Shown in pieces: positions 55,381-64,000 of a stretch of 64,000 bases of DNA (the first letter of the stretch is position 1; each line of letters starts with the position of its first letter). This DNA comes from Treponemataceae bacterium. Its GTDB lineage: Bacteria; Spirochaetota; Spirochaetia; Treponematales; Rectinemataceae. The DNA is taken from contig CAXXHO010000005.1 of NCBI GenBank assembly GCA_963667725.2, positions 1,303,189 through 1,367,188 on the forward strand, given 5' to 3'. The translations under genes and the position numbers were made by a program. Below the pieces are notes generated by a model, which was given only the letters and a program-made list of their open reading frames with translations, had not been told where the DNA came from and searched no databases.

Positions 55381-56721
55381 ATGAGTTATTCCGACCCAAC
55401 GAAATTGGGCATTCTCGCTTGCCCCGGCGCCGAAGTGTTCACGGACCAAGTCGTCCGGAAACTGTCCGGGATTTACAAGCGACGATTCGACCGGAAAACC
55501 CAGGCCCTGGCTTCGCGGTATCACATTAGCCAGGAACTGGCCACACGGAAGATCAACTTTTCCAACGACGCGAATTCCAGCCTTCTCTACATGCCCGGTC
55601 CTACGGACAAGTACAGGGCGCCCCGCTTCAAGATCAACGCCCAGCACACTTTTTTCGCCAACGGCGAGGTGAAGACTGAAATTCTCGAATCGGTGCGCGG
55701 CAAGGACCTCTACATTTTCCAGGACATCGAGAATCACCAGCCGATTTCATTCAACGACGGTTCGGTGAGCCGCGTCATGTCGGTCAACGACCATATTTTC
55801 AATCTTTTCGTGGCCATCGACGCCGCGATGCAGGCGGGCGCCAACCGCATAAATCTCGTCCTGCCCATGTATCCCTATTCCCGCCAGCACAAGAAAAAGG
55901 GAAGGGAAGGGCTCACCGCCGCCCGCGTGGGCGCCATGCTCGAAAACCTCGGCGTATCCAGGATAATCACCCTGGACATCCACTCGAAGGAAATCGAAAA
56001 CTGCTTCGACAAGCTGCGCCTCGAGAATCTCCACGCCTCCTTCCAGATCATCGAAAAACTGATGTCCATCATCGATATACAGACCGAAGACCTTGTCGTT
56101 CTCGCGCCCGACACCGGAGCGGTGGATCGCAACAAGTTCTACGCCAACGCCCTGCGGAGACCGCTCGCCCTCCTGTACAAGGAGCGCGACTACTCCAAGG
56201 TGAGCAAGGACGCGGCCTCCACCAACATCAAGGAAATGAGACTCCTGGGCAATGTCGAAGGCAAAACCGTCTTCATGGCGGACGACATGATTGGAACGGG
56301 CGGGACCCTCATCAAGGGAATGAAAAACCTGAAGGAACTGGGCGCCGCGAGGGTCATCTGCGCCGTTTCCCTGCCGCTGTTCAACGGCTCCGCCGTCGAG
56401 GATTTCGACGCCGCCTACAGGCAGGGCTATTTCTACAGGATAATCGGCACCAACGCCATCCATCACAAGGAACTTCTGCAGAAGGAATGGTACATACAGG
56501 CCGACGTCACCGGACTATTCGCGCAGATCATCAGCCTCCTCCATCACGACCGCTCCCTCTCCTCCCTGCTCGACAACAGGGACGTCGTGGCCAGGCTCAT
56601 CAAAAAGCAGATGGACAAGGGCGAAGCGATACAGGGCAGCCTGGGGCTGACGACTCTCCCGGCGGCTGTCCAGACGCCCTCCGACGAAGTGATCCCCTAC
56701 GGAGCCGCGGACAAGAAGTGA
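55381..56721 (+). CDS. prs: Ribose-phosphate pyrophosphokinase
   Basis: FANGEVK..ESVRGKD, YPYSRQHK, TLDIH, APDTGA, DDMIGTGGT. Confidence 0.95.
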   Translation: MSYSDPTKLGILACPGAEVFTDQVVRKLSGIYKRRFDRKTQALASRYHISQELATRKINFSNDANSSLLYMPGPTDKYRAPRFKINAQHTFFANGEVKTEILESVRGKDLYIFQDIENHQPISFNDGSVSRVMSVNDHIFNLFVAIDAAMQAGANRINLVLPMYPYSRQHKKKGREGLTAARVGAMLENLGVSRIITLDIHSKEIENCFDKLRLENLHASFQIIEKLMSIIDIQTEDLVVLAPDTGAVDRNKFYANALRRPLALLYKERDYSKVSKDAASTNIKEMRLLGNVEGKTVFMADDMIGTGGTLIKGMKNLKELGAARVICAVSLPLFNGSAVEDFDAAYRQGYFYRIIGTNAIHHKELLQKEWYIQADVTGLFAQIISLLHHDRSLSSLLDNRDVVARLIKKQMDKGEAIQGSLGLTTLPAAVQTPSDEVIPYGAADKK

Positions 56722-57380
56722 TCGTCCGACGGCTTCCGGGCGCCATGGCCGCCCTCATTTTCGATATGGACGGCACCCTCTATACCCATGAGGCATACGG
56801 CCGCTATCAGGAGACGTCCCAGGTGGCGCGCCTCGCCCTGCACCTAGGCATCCCTGAATTCGAGGCGGCCGCCCTTCTGCGAAAACAGCGCGAGGCGCGC
56901 CTCGCCGCCGGTCTTCCCAAGACAAGCATGGCGAATCTTTTTCTCGAACTCGGCCGCGGCCAGGGGTTCGCCATCGACATGGCCACCATCATCCGCTGGC
57001 GTGTCGAAGAAATACGCCCCGCCGATTGGTTGACCCCCGACCCTCACCTCGACGAAACCCTCGCCGCACTAGCCCGGCGGTACCGCCTCGCCCTGCTCAC
57101 CAATAATCCGCGGAGCGTCGGCGCAGCGAGTCTCGCCGCTCTCGGTGTTGCCTCCCGATTCGAGGCCGTCATCGGCCTCGACGACACCCTAGCGTCTAAA
57201 CCTTCCCCTATACCCTTTCTCAAAACCTGCGAAATCCTCGGTCTGCTCCCGGCCGCCTGCGTTTCCATCGGCGACCGCGCTGACGTGGACATGGAGCCGG
57301 CCCTGGCTTTGGGGATGGGGGGGATTCTCGTGGATGGCGTGGAAGATGTCTATCGCCTGCCCGAATTACTCAAATGCTGA
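56718..57380 (+). CDS. HAD family hydrolase
   Basis: IFDMDGTLY, LLTNN, SKPSP, IGDRADVD; GTGA overlap with the prs stop. Confidence 0.88.
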   Translation: MIVRRLPGAMAALIFDMDGTLYTHEAYGRYQETSQVARLALHLGIPEFEAAALLRKQREARLAAGLPKTSMANLFLELGRGQGFAIDMATIIRWRVEEIRPADWLTPDPHLDETLAALARRYRLALLTNNPRSVGAASLAALGVASRFEAVIGLDDTLASKPSPIPFLKTCEILGLLPAACVSIGDRADVDMEPALALGMGGILVDGVEDVYRLPELLKC

Positions 57381-59040
57381 AATGCCTCAGCTCCTCGGCT
57401 ATGGCGAAGGCGCAGTCGCCCATCTTCTCCACATGTCGAATCAGATCGATGTAGAGCAGTTCAGCCTTGACGTCGGCGCCCGCGCTCAGGCGTTTCCTGG
57501 CGAGCTTTTTCAGGTGTTTCTTGAAGGCGTCGATCTTGTCTTCCATTTCCGAAGCCATGCCCATCTCGATCTCCGTCATGCCGGTGTGCAGACGGGCGGC
57601 CACGAAGCCCAGAAATTCGTCGACCATGTCGGAAAAGGGCTTTAGGGCTTCGAGCGATTCGGTTTCAAAACGAAGATGCTTGTTCCTTTTTTTCTTCAGG
57701 AGAAAAGCTATGCTCAGGCATTCGTCGGACATGCCTTCCAGCTCCGCGATGATGCGCAGCTTCATGCCCACGCGTCCGCGCGTCTTTTCCGAGAGATCGC
57801 TTTGCGTTATCTCGATGAGGAATTTCGAAAGTTCCTCGTGCATCATGTCCAGGTAGTTTTCCTTGGCGGTGAACCAGGCAATCTCAGTGTCGAAGTCGGC
57901 AGCCTCGACCTTTATGTTTTTCCGCACCCTGTCGAACATGGCCCGGGAAATCGTGGCCATGTCGGCTATCTCTTTCCTGGCGTGGATGAGGGAAAGCTCG
58001 GGCGTGGCTTTCAGCGTCGTGGGAAGATAGATGGCGCGCATTTCGGCCTCTTCCGGCCTCTCTTTGATGAGCCGATTGAGGAGGGTCGCGTACTGGTTGA
58101 CGAAGGGCAGGAGGACAAGGGTATTGGCCGCGTTGAAAAGGGTATGGAGCATGGCGATATGCACTCCCATGCTCTGCGCCGTTACCGGACCGGGGACTAC
58201 CCAATCGACAAGCCTCATGAAGGGATTGAAGACGACAATAACCCAGATCGTGCCCAGTATGTTAAAGAGAATATGAGCCCAGGCGGCCCGTTTGGCATTG
58301 GCGCTCGCTCCCTTCGCTATCGAGGCGAGGAAGGCGTCGAACGTGGTGCCTATATTGGCTCCTAGAGTTATGGCCGCGGCGATGTTGAAGTCGATGATGC
58401 CTTGGGAGGCCATGGCGATGACGATGGCGAGCGTCGCGCTCGACGCGTTTATGAGAATGGTGAAGACCATGCCGGCCAGGACGGCGAGAATAATGGCTAG
58501 ATAGCCCATGTCCGAAAAATTCTGGAGGAAAAGGAGAATTTCGCGCGAAGGCTCTGGGATGGCGTCGGCGATGAATCCCAAGCCGAGGAAAATGAACGCG
58601 AGCCCCATGAGCGAGCTTCCGTAGCTTTTAAAGGTGTCGGAGCGCCGTTTCGTTATCGACATGAAGAAGCCGGCGCCGAAGATCGGAACCGCGAGGGACG
58701 CGATGCTGAACTTCGCTATGCCCACGCCGGCGATGATCCAGCCGGTGAGCGTCGTGCCGATGTTGGCGCCCATGATGACGCCGATACCCTGGGTGAGGGT
58801 CAGCAAGCCCGCGTTGACGAAGGTGATGAGCATGACCGTGGTGGCTGAAGAAGACTGGACAGCCACGGTAACTACCGTTCCCGTAAGGACCGCCATGACG
58901 CGGTTCTTGGTCATGAAATTGAGGGCGCTCTGCAGCTTTTCGCCGGCCGCTCTCTGTATGCCGTCGCTCGTCCGTTCCATGCCATACATGAAGAGAGCAA
59001 GTCCGCCCATCAATTTTAGAAGCATCGCAGCAATTTCCAT
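57370..59040 (-). CDS. Na+/phosphate cotransporter (NptA/YjbB family, PhoU domains)
   Basis: QSSSATTV, MGANIGTT (twice), C-terminal helical PhoU-like region. Confidence 0.92.
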   Translation of the reverse strand: MEIAAMLLKLMGGLALFMYGMERTSDGIQRAAGEKLQSALNFMTKNRVMAVLTGTVVTVAVQSSSATTVMLITFVNAGLLTLTQGIGVIMGANIGTTLTGWIIAGVGIAKFSIASLAVPIFGAGFFMSITKRRSDTFKSYGSSLMGLAFIFLGLGFIADAIPEPSREILLFLQNFSDMGYLAIILAVLAGMVFTILINASSATLAIVIAMASQGIIDFNIAAAITLGANIGTTFDAFLASIAKGASANAKRAAWAHILFNILGTIWVIVVFNPFMRLVDWVVPGPVTAQSMGVHIAMLHTLFNAANTLVLLPFVNQYATLLNRLIKERPEEAEMRAIYLPTTLKATPELSLIHARKEIADMATISRAMFDRVRKNIKVEAADFDTEIAWFTAKENYLDMMHEELSKFLIEITQSDLSEKTRGRVGMKLRIIAELEGMSDECLSIAFLLKKKRNKHLRFETESLEALKPFSDMVDEFLGFVAARLHTGMTEIEMGMASEMEDKIDAFKKHLKKLARKRLSAGADVKAELLYIDLIRHVEKMGDCAFAIAEELRHFSI

Positions 59041-59153
59041 CGCACCTTCCTTGAAACGCAGTATAGCCAATTTTTAATAGTGCTTGAAGGAGGGGCTGAA
59101 GGCAGCTCCAATCGATGGCTTTTATCGCGACGATGCGATAGAGTCTCCTCCGT

Positions 59154-60008
59154 ATGAAGAAAATCCTTCTTTCGGCCGCACTTTTTTGGTCGGCCTTCGT
59201 TTTCTGCGCGGCCCAGTCCGCCCTTCTTCCGGCCGTCGCCGACCTGCTTCCCCGCCAAGTCTCCTACGAAGCCGGTCAGTTCTTTGTTGTCGTCGACACC
59301 GGCCACGGGACGAAGCCGGTCCTCAAGCCTCTCGGCTTCGCGTCCGACGCTCCTTCGGCTGCCGCCGATTCGGACCGGGCGCTGAGGATAGAGGCGCTCG
59401 TCGTTCTCCCGGCCCCCAGAGGTTCGAAGCCGGCCGAAATTTCCGCTCTTCCCGATACGATGCTCATCCTGACCCGGATACTGAACTCCGTCAGCACGAT
59501 GGAGGGTACCGAATACTGGTCGGCGAGCAGGCGGCGCATGCGAACCCTCTATGCCGAAGCCTACAGGGTCGAGTCTGCGTCCAACCGCGTCAGGCAGCCC
59601 GATCCCGACGACGTACCTGCGGTCCCTGGATCTTCCCAGGTTTTTTACGCCTTTCTGCGCGACCTGACCTTCGGCGGCAACGTGATGAAATACGATGTCC
59701 TTCTAGGGGATTCCTTCATCGAAATGGCGAACGAGAACGTCACGACGGTGAGGTATTACCTTCTCCCGCTCGCGTCGCCGGGCAACATGAGGAGCGGACT
59801 TCTCGTCGTGCCCTGCAGGGAAGGGCTTCTCGTCCACTTCCAGTCGACGATAGACGCGATCGATATATTGGAAAAAAGAGTGTTCGAATCGGCGGGCAAT
59901 AAGTCGCTCGCCGTTCTCGGATGGTTCGCTGAACAAACGGCGGCAGCCGGGCTCACTCAGGAACCGAGGCTGCCGAAGAATATCGAAGAGGTAAAGAAAT
60001 TTAGATGA
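59154..60008 (+). CDS. Exported DUF6675-like spirochaetal protein
   Basis: Signal peptide; SVSTMEGTEYWSASR..RTLY, DLTFGGN. Confidence 0.6.
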   Translation: MKKILLSAALFWSAFVFCAAQSALLPAVADLLPRQVSYEAGQFFVVVDTGHGTKPVLKPLGFASDAPSAAADSDRALRIEALVVLPAPRGSKPAEISALPDTMLILTRILNSVSTMEGTEYWSASRRRMRTLYAEAYRVESASNRVRQPDPDDVPAVPGSSQVFYAFLRDLTFGGNVMKYDVLLGDSFIEMANENVTTVRYYLLPLASPGNMRSGLLVVPCREGLLVHFQSTIDAIDILEKRVFESAGNKSLAVLGWFAEQTAAAGLTQEPRLPKNIEEVKKFR

Positions 60009-60017
60009 GAGATAGGC

Positions 60018-60242
60018 TCAGGCCTGCTGGACTTCCTTCACTTCAGGCACTACTTTTTTGAGATAGGCTTCGACGCCCTGCTTGAGGGTCATGAGGGCGT
60101 AGGGGCAGGAACCGCAGGAACCGGTGAGCTTGACCTTGACGATTCCGTCATCGCTTACGGACACGAGTTCAATATCGCCGCCGTCGGCCTGGAGCGAGGG
60201 GCGGACATCCTGTATCGCTGCTGTAATACGTTCATTCAACAT
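60018..60242 (-). CDS. nifU: NifU C-terminal (Nfu) Fe-S carrier
   Basis: VRPSLQADGGDIELV, LTGSCGSCP, TLKQGVE; AAGGAG RBS. Confidence 0.9.
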   Translation of the reverse strand: MLNERITAAIQDVRPSLQADGGDIELVSVSDDGIVKVKLTGSCGSCPYALMTLKQGVEAYLKKVVPEVKEVQQA

Positions 60243-60296
60243 CGGGCTTCTCCTTGTGACAGGAGATAATCTAGCGATTTGCGGTATCATGGGTCA

Positions 60297-60392
60297 AGTT
60301 GCCGCAACGACCTCCTCTGGAGGTCGTTGACGTCAACCGACTCTCTTTAAGGCGGTTGACACGTCAACCGGCTCTCCTTGAGACGGTTGACG
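60297..60392. repeat. Array of ~28-31-bp units built from GTTGAC/GTCAAC inverted motifs
   Basis: GTTGAC-GTCAAC at 60326, GGTTGAC-AC-GTCAACC at 60354, CGGTTGACG at 60384, degenerate GTTGCCGCAAC at 60298. Confidence 0.7.
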
Positions 60393-60457
60393 AGGCTTCT
60401 AGCGGTTGTATTCCGAAATGTGATACAATCCAAATTATATTGATGGAAGGGATGTGG

Positions 60458-61213
60458 ATGGCACGCATCATAGTCTTCGTGAACCAAAAAGGCGGAGTAG
60501 GCAAGACCACGAGCGCGATCAACATCGGCGCCGCCCTTGCGATACTCGGCAAGAGAACCCTGCTCATAGATTTCGACCCACAGGGCAATATGACCTCGGG
60601 CGTCGGCGGCCCGTCGGGCGCCAAGGGCGTATACCAGGTAATCTCGGGATTGAGGGAACTGAAAGAGGTTGTCGTGGGCACGAAAGTCCCCAACCTGTTT
60701 CTAGCGCCCTCTTCGATCGATCTTTCGGGCGCCACCGTGGAGCTCGTCGAAAAGGAAGACAGGAACGAATACCTCAAGCGCGCCATCGCCACGGTGTCTG
60801 ATGACTATGATTACATCCTCGTCGACTGTCCGCCTTCCCTCGGCATCCTGACGCTCAACGGACTCAACGCCGCCACGGAAGTGATCATCCCCCTGCAGTG
60901 CGAATATTTCGCCCTCGAAGGGCTTTCTCTGATCCTGCAGACCATAGGCCTCGTGCAGAAAAGCATGAATCCTTCGCTCAAGATATGCGGCATCCTGCTG
61001 ACCATGTTCGACGGACGCACGAAGCTTTCGCAGGAAGTGGTGCGCCAGGTCACCGAATACTTCAGGGACAGAGTCTTCAAGACGATAGTGCCGAGAAACG
61101 TCAGGCTCTCCGAAGCCCCCTCCCACGGCCTGCCCGTGATGTACTACGACCCGACCTGCATCGGCGCGAGGAGCTACGAAGCCGTTGCCGAGGAGTTGAT
61201 CAATCGTGTCTAA
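60458..61213 (+). CDS. parA: Chromosome partitioning ATPase Soj/ParA
   Basis: NQKGGVGKTT, DFDPQGN, DCPPSLG, PLQCEYFALEG, RNVRLSEAPSHG. Confidence 0.96.
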   Translation: MARIIVFVNQKGGVGKTTSAINIGAALAILGKRTLLIDFDPQGNMTSGVGGPSGAKGVYQVISGLRELKEVVVGTKVPNLFLAPSSIDLSGATVELVEKEDRNEYLKRAIATVSDDYDYILVDCPPSLGILTLNGLNAATEVIIPLQCEYFALEGLSLILQTIGLVQKSMNPSLKICGILLTMFDGRTKLSQEVVRQVTEYFRDRVFKTIVPRNVRLSEAPSHGLPVMYYDPTCIGARSYEAVAEELINRV

Positions 61214-62117
61214 GTTTGGTTTGGGCAAGGGACTCGGTGCCCTCATACCCGAGCATCAGCAGTATTATGACGCCGCGAAGAATCCGGTGGATATCGGCGG
61301 CAGCATCACCATCGTTCCTCTTTCCCGGCTGAAGCCCAACCCCGACCAGCCGCGCAAGACTTTTCCCGACAGTTCGATCGAGGAGCTGGCCGATTCCATA
61401 AGGAAACACGGACTTCTCCAGCCCATCATCGCCGAGGCGGCCGGGGAAGGCGAGTTCGTCATCATCGCCGGCGAGCGCAGATTCCGCGCCGCGAGCAGGG
61501 CCGGCCTGTCGGAAGTGCCTGTCATCGTGCGGGCTGTATCCTCCGAAAAACGTCTCCAGCTTTCGCTCATAGAAAACATCCAGCGCGAAGACCTCAACCC
61601 GATGGAAGAGGCTCAGGCCTACAACAGCCTCATGGAACTCACCGGCTATACGCAGGAGCAGGTGGCCGAGGCCGTGGGCAAGAACCGCAGCACCGTGGCG
61701 AACGCGCTCCGCATGCTCCGCCTCTCCGATGCCATGCAGGCGGCCGTGCGCGACGGGGTCATCTCCGCCGGCCATGCCCGCAGCCTGCTCGCCGTATCAG
61801 ACCCCCGGGCGCGCGAGGCATTATTCGCGCGCATCGTCGCCGAGGGACTCTCGGTCCGCCAGGCCGAGTTGGCCGTCCAGGAAATGGGCGGCTACGGCGG
61901 CGGCAAGAAAGCGGGCAAGAACCGTAAATCGCCGAGAGGCGCCTCCGCGGGTGATGCCCTGGAACCGGATCTTCGCGCTCTGTGCGAAAAATTTATCGAG
62001 CGTTTCGGCACGAAAGTGGAAATCAAGGGCGACATGAAAAGCGGCTCCATAACGATAGACTACTATTCGCAGGACGACCTCCAGCGCATCCTGGACATTG
62101 TCGGAGAGGGCACATGA
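61206..62117 (+). CDS. parB: Chromosome partitioning protein ParB/Spo0J
   Basis: GLGKGLGAL, NPDQPRK, IAGERRFRA, ENIQREDLNPMEEA, HTH GKNRSTVANALR. Confidence 0.96.
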   Translation: MSKFGLGKGLGALIPEHQQYYDAAKNPVDIGGSITIVPLSRLKPNPDQPRKTFPDSSIEELADSIRKHGLLQPIIAEAAGEGEFVIIAGERRFRAASRAGLSEVPVIVRAVSSEKRLQLSLIENIQREDLNPMEEAQAYNSLMELTGYTQEQVAEAVGKNRSTVANALRMLRLSDAMQAAVRDGVISAGHARSLLAVSDPRAREALFARIVAEGLSVRQAELAVQEMGGYGGGKKAGKNRKSPRGASAGDALEPDLRALCEKFIERFGTKVEIKGDMKSGSITIDYYSQDDLQRILDIVGEGT

Positions 62118-62827
62118 GAGTGCCGGGCAGGCTGATCGCGGTCCTGCTTGCCTTCGCGGCCTCGGTCGCGGCGGCCGCGCCCGGCCCCGCGTCCCAGGAC
62201 CCAAGCATCGGCGAGTACAAGGGCTTCAAGGTCCGCTGGGGCGTGGCCGCCGCGCCGGAGAAGCTGGCTTCCCTCGTCGGTAAGGCCGAGGCTTTCGCCG
62301 TGGATGTCGTCAAGTTCAAGGACGAAGCCAGCGGCGAAAACCGCGTTTTTGGCGGCGGCGAAGCTCATGGCCTATACCCCGTGCCCCTCGAGGCGGCCGT
62401 GACCGCCGTGCTCGACTATAAAAACCTGAAAGCCATATCGCCCCGCGTGCGGGAAGTGCGCATCTACGAAAACGGACCGCCCCTCTGGAAGGTCTACGAG
62501 GACATTGGCGTCGATTTCCTGGGCATATCGGTCGGCTATAAGCTGGATTCCGAAACCCTGCGCGACGATCTCCCCGGCGGCGCGGTCGGCGTTCGCGGCC
62601 GCATGCTGAAGAGCCACGACGGCAAACTTTACGAAGCCGATTCCTCCTGGTACTTTACCCGCCTCGTCGTGGGTGGAATTGAGTATACTTACATACGTAC
62701 ATATTCCACTTCTGGACTGCGCGAACCCGGCGCGGGCATCGCGGGCATCCTGAAGCTCTTTACCGCGGGCGACCTGCGCGATCAGATTGCCTCCGTCGCG
62801 AAGGTAGCGGCAGCGTCCAGGCCATAG
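62114..62827 (+). CDS. Exported hypothetical protein, possibly START/SRPBCC-like
   Basis: Signal peptide; AVLDYKNLKAISPRVREV segment; ATGA overlap with parB. Confidence 0.6.
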   Translation: MRVPGRLIAVLLAFAASVAAAAPGPASQDPSIGEYKGFKVRWGVAAAPEKLASLVGKAEAFAVDVVKFKDEASGENRVFGGGEAHGLYPVPLEAAVTAVLDYKNLKAISPRVREVRIYENGPPLWKVYEDIGVDFLGISVGYKLDSETLRDDLPGGAVGVRGRMLKSHDGKLYEADSSWYFTRLVVGGIEYTYIRTYSTSGLREPGAGIAGILKLFTAGDLRDQIASVAKVAAASRP

Positions 62828-62834
62828 GAGCAGC

Positions 62835-64000
62835 ATGCGGCGATCGAAGGTCGATCGATCGGGTCCTTTTCTCGCTCGTTCCCGTCAGGAGGGGGCATCC
62901 TGGCAGTCGGTCATCGACAATAGATTCGATCAATACCGACGTCACTTTCTGAGCGCTTCTTTTCTCGTCGGACTGCAGCTGCCCGCCTTGATCGCCATCA
63001 TTTCCTGGAAAAACAGAGAATTCAATAATTTCCTGCCCTTGATGATCGTCGAAGTCGTGCTTCTGGTGGGGTTTACCATATCCAGGCGACTTTCCCGCCG
63101 CAGCACCGAAATTTTCATGACCGTTTTCCTGGCAGCCTACCCCCTGGCCTACGCATGGGGCGCCTTCGCCCCGGGCAATCACCAGACCTATGTGGTCATA
63201 CTGCTTTGCATGCCTCCCATTTTCGACAGCCTCGCGCCGCCTCGCTATTACTGGCAGTTCTTCGCCTATGCCACGACTGTCGTCGCGGCCACCCTGCTTT
63301 CCTTCCTGATAGGCTATCCCTCGCACTGGATCGCTGACTTCAACGTCGCCGTGATCCTGATGCTGCACAGCGCCTTTCTCGTGCTCTGGGCGCTGCGGTA
63401 TGTCACCAAGCGCCAGATGGGAAAGTACATCGTCGAGCTTGCCGACAATATCGTAAAGGACAAGGCGACGGGCCTGCCTACCATCGTCGCCTTCCGGGAT
63501 TCCTTCGCGAAGGGGGAAAAACTCTTCGTCGCCCTCATTGCCATAGGCAACTTCCATGAGCTGTCGGCGCTTTTCGGATATTCGATCTCGACCAATATCC
63601 TCTCCATCGCCGCCTCGCGGCTCGTGGAATGCCAGACCAAGCTTCAGGGCACCGCTTTTCGCCTCAGGGGCCACGATTTCGGCTTTCTCCATTCGATGGC
63701 TGAGGGGGAGTCGGCTAAGGATATCGTGGAAAAACTGCGGCAGGGCATGAGAGGTCCCTTGGTTTTTCAGGGCAAGACCATCGAACTCAGCTATAGAATG
63801 GGGTATACGATCGCCGTCGACGGCAACGCCGAGAAGTCGCTGGACGAGGCCGAGGACGCCCTCGAGATGGCGGAGCGGAGCGGGACTGGACGCCGCGCAG
63901 TATTCAGGCTCTTGGCAGCAGGTAACCAAGGCCGAGATCGCCATCGCCGATCTCATGACCCTATCGCGCAATATTTCCGAAAAGACGCTGGAGGTCTTCT
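62835..64000 (+). CDS. Membrane protein with degenerate GGDEF domain, probably followed by EAL; apparent frameshift at about 63883; runs off the window
   Basis: Manual translation: TM helices, DKATGLPT, NFHELSALFGY, FRLRGHDF; AGGAG RBS; not in ORF track because there is no stop in the window. Confidence 0.75.
   Translation, partial: MRRSKVDRSGPFLARSRQEGASWQSVIDNRFDQYRRHFLSASFLVGLQLPALIAIISWKNREFNNFLPLMIVEVVLLVGFTISRRLSRRSTEIFMTVFLAAYPLAYAWGAFAPGNHQTYVVILLCMPPIFDSLAPPRYYWQFFAYATTVVAATLLSFLIGYPSHWIADFNVAVILMLHSAFLVLWALRYVTKRQMGKYIVELADNIVKDKATGLPTIVAFRDSFAKGEKLFVALIAIGNFHELSALFGYSISTNILSIAASRLVECQTKLQGTAFRLRGHDFGFLHSMAEGESAKDIVEKLRQGMRGPLVFQGKTIELSYRMGYTIAVDGNAEKSLDEAEDALEMAERSGTGRRAVFRLLAAGNQGRDRHRRSHDPIAQYFRKDAGGL

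Overview
This is a GC-rich bacterial chromosomal window. Its markers (archaeal-type UMP kinase, extended Prs, tRNA-Arg(GCG), rsmG/pyrG-lptCAB block, DUF6675-like gene) point to a free-living treponeme-like spirochaete; this taxonomy is inference. Most of it is housekeeping: thrC, pyrG, lptCAB, tatD, dusB, an ABC importer, four tRNA-Ser plus tRNA-Arg, SRP RNA, dnaX-ybaB-recR, prs, nifU and parAB. The standout is an accessory block at about 21.1-30.65 kb. It holds three lipoprotein-anchored ice-binding-family (DUF3494) proteins with 1, 1 and 5 Ig-like stalk domains, a small outer-membrane-like protein, catalase, DUF948-like, YtxH and CsbD stress proteins, and an LPD29 protein. Five copies of a CRP/FNR-like palindrome (TGTGYGCTNNCGMACA-GAC) sit upstream of its five apparent transcription units, and four of them lie exactly 18 nt before a TAnnnT -10 box. 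This suggests a co-regulated stress/ice-adhesion regulon whose regulator is not in the window. Other observations are a catalase with no canonical start codon, many apparently leaderless genes, possible CTP-sensitive start-site switching at pyrG, a GTTGAC/GTCAAC palindrome array upstream of parAB, an exported DUF6305-M14-GGT-M14 cluster, a regulatory-type [FeFe]-hydrogenase module, and a frameshift in the final GGDEF-like gene. All family calls are from motif recognition by eye, not database searches.
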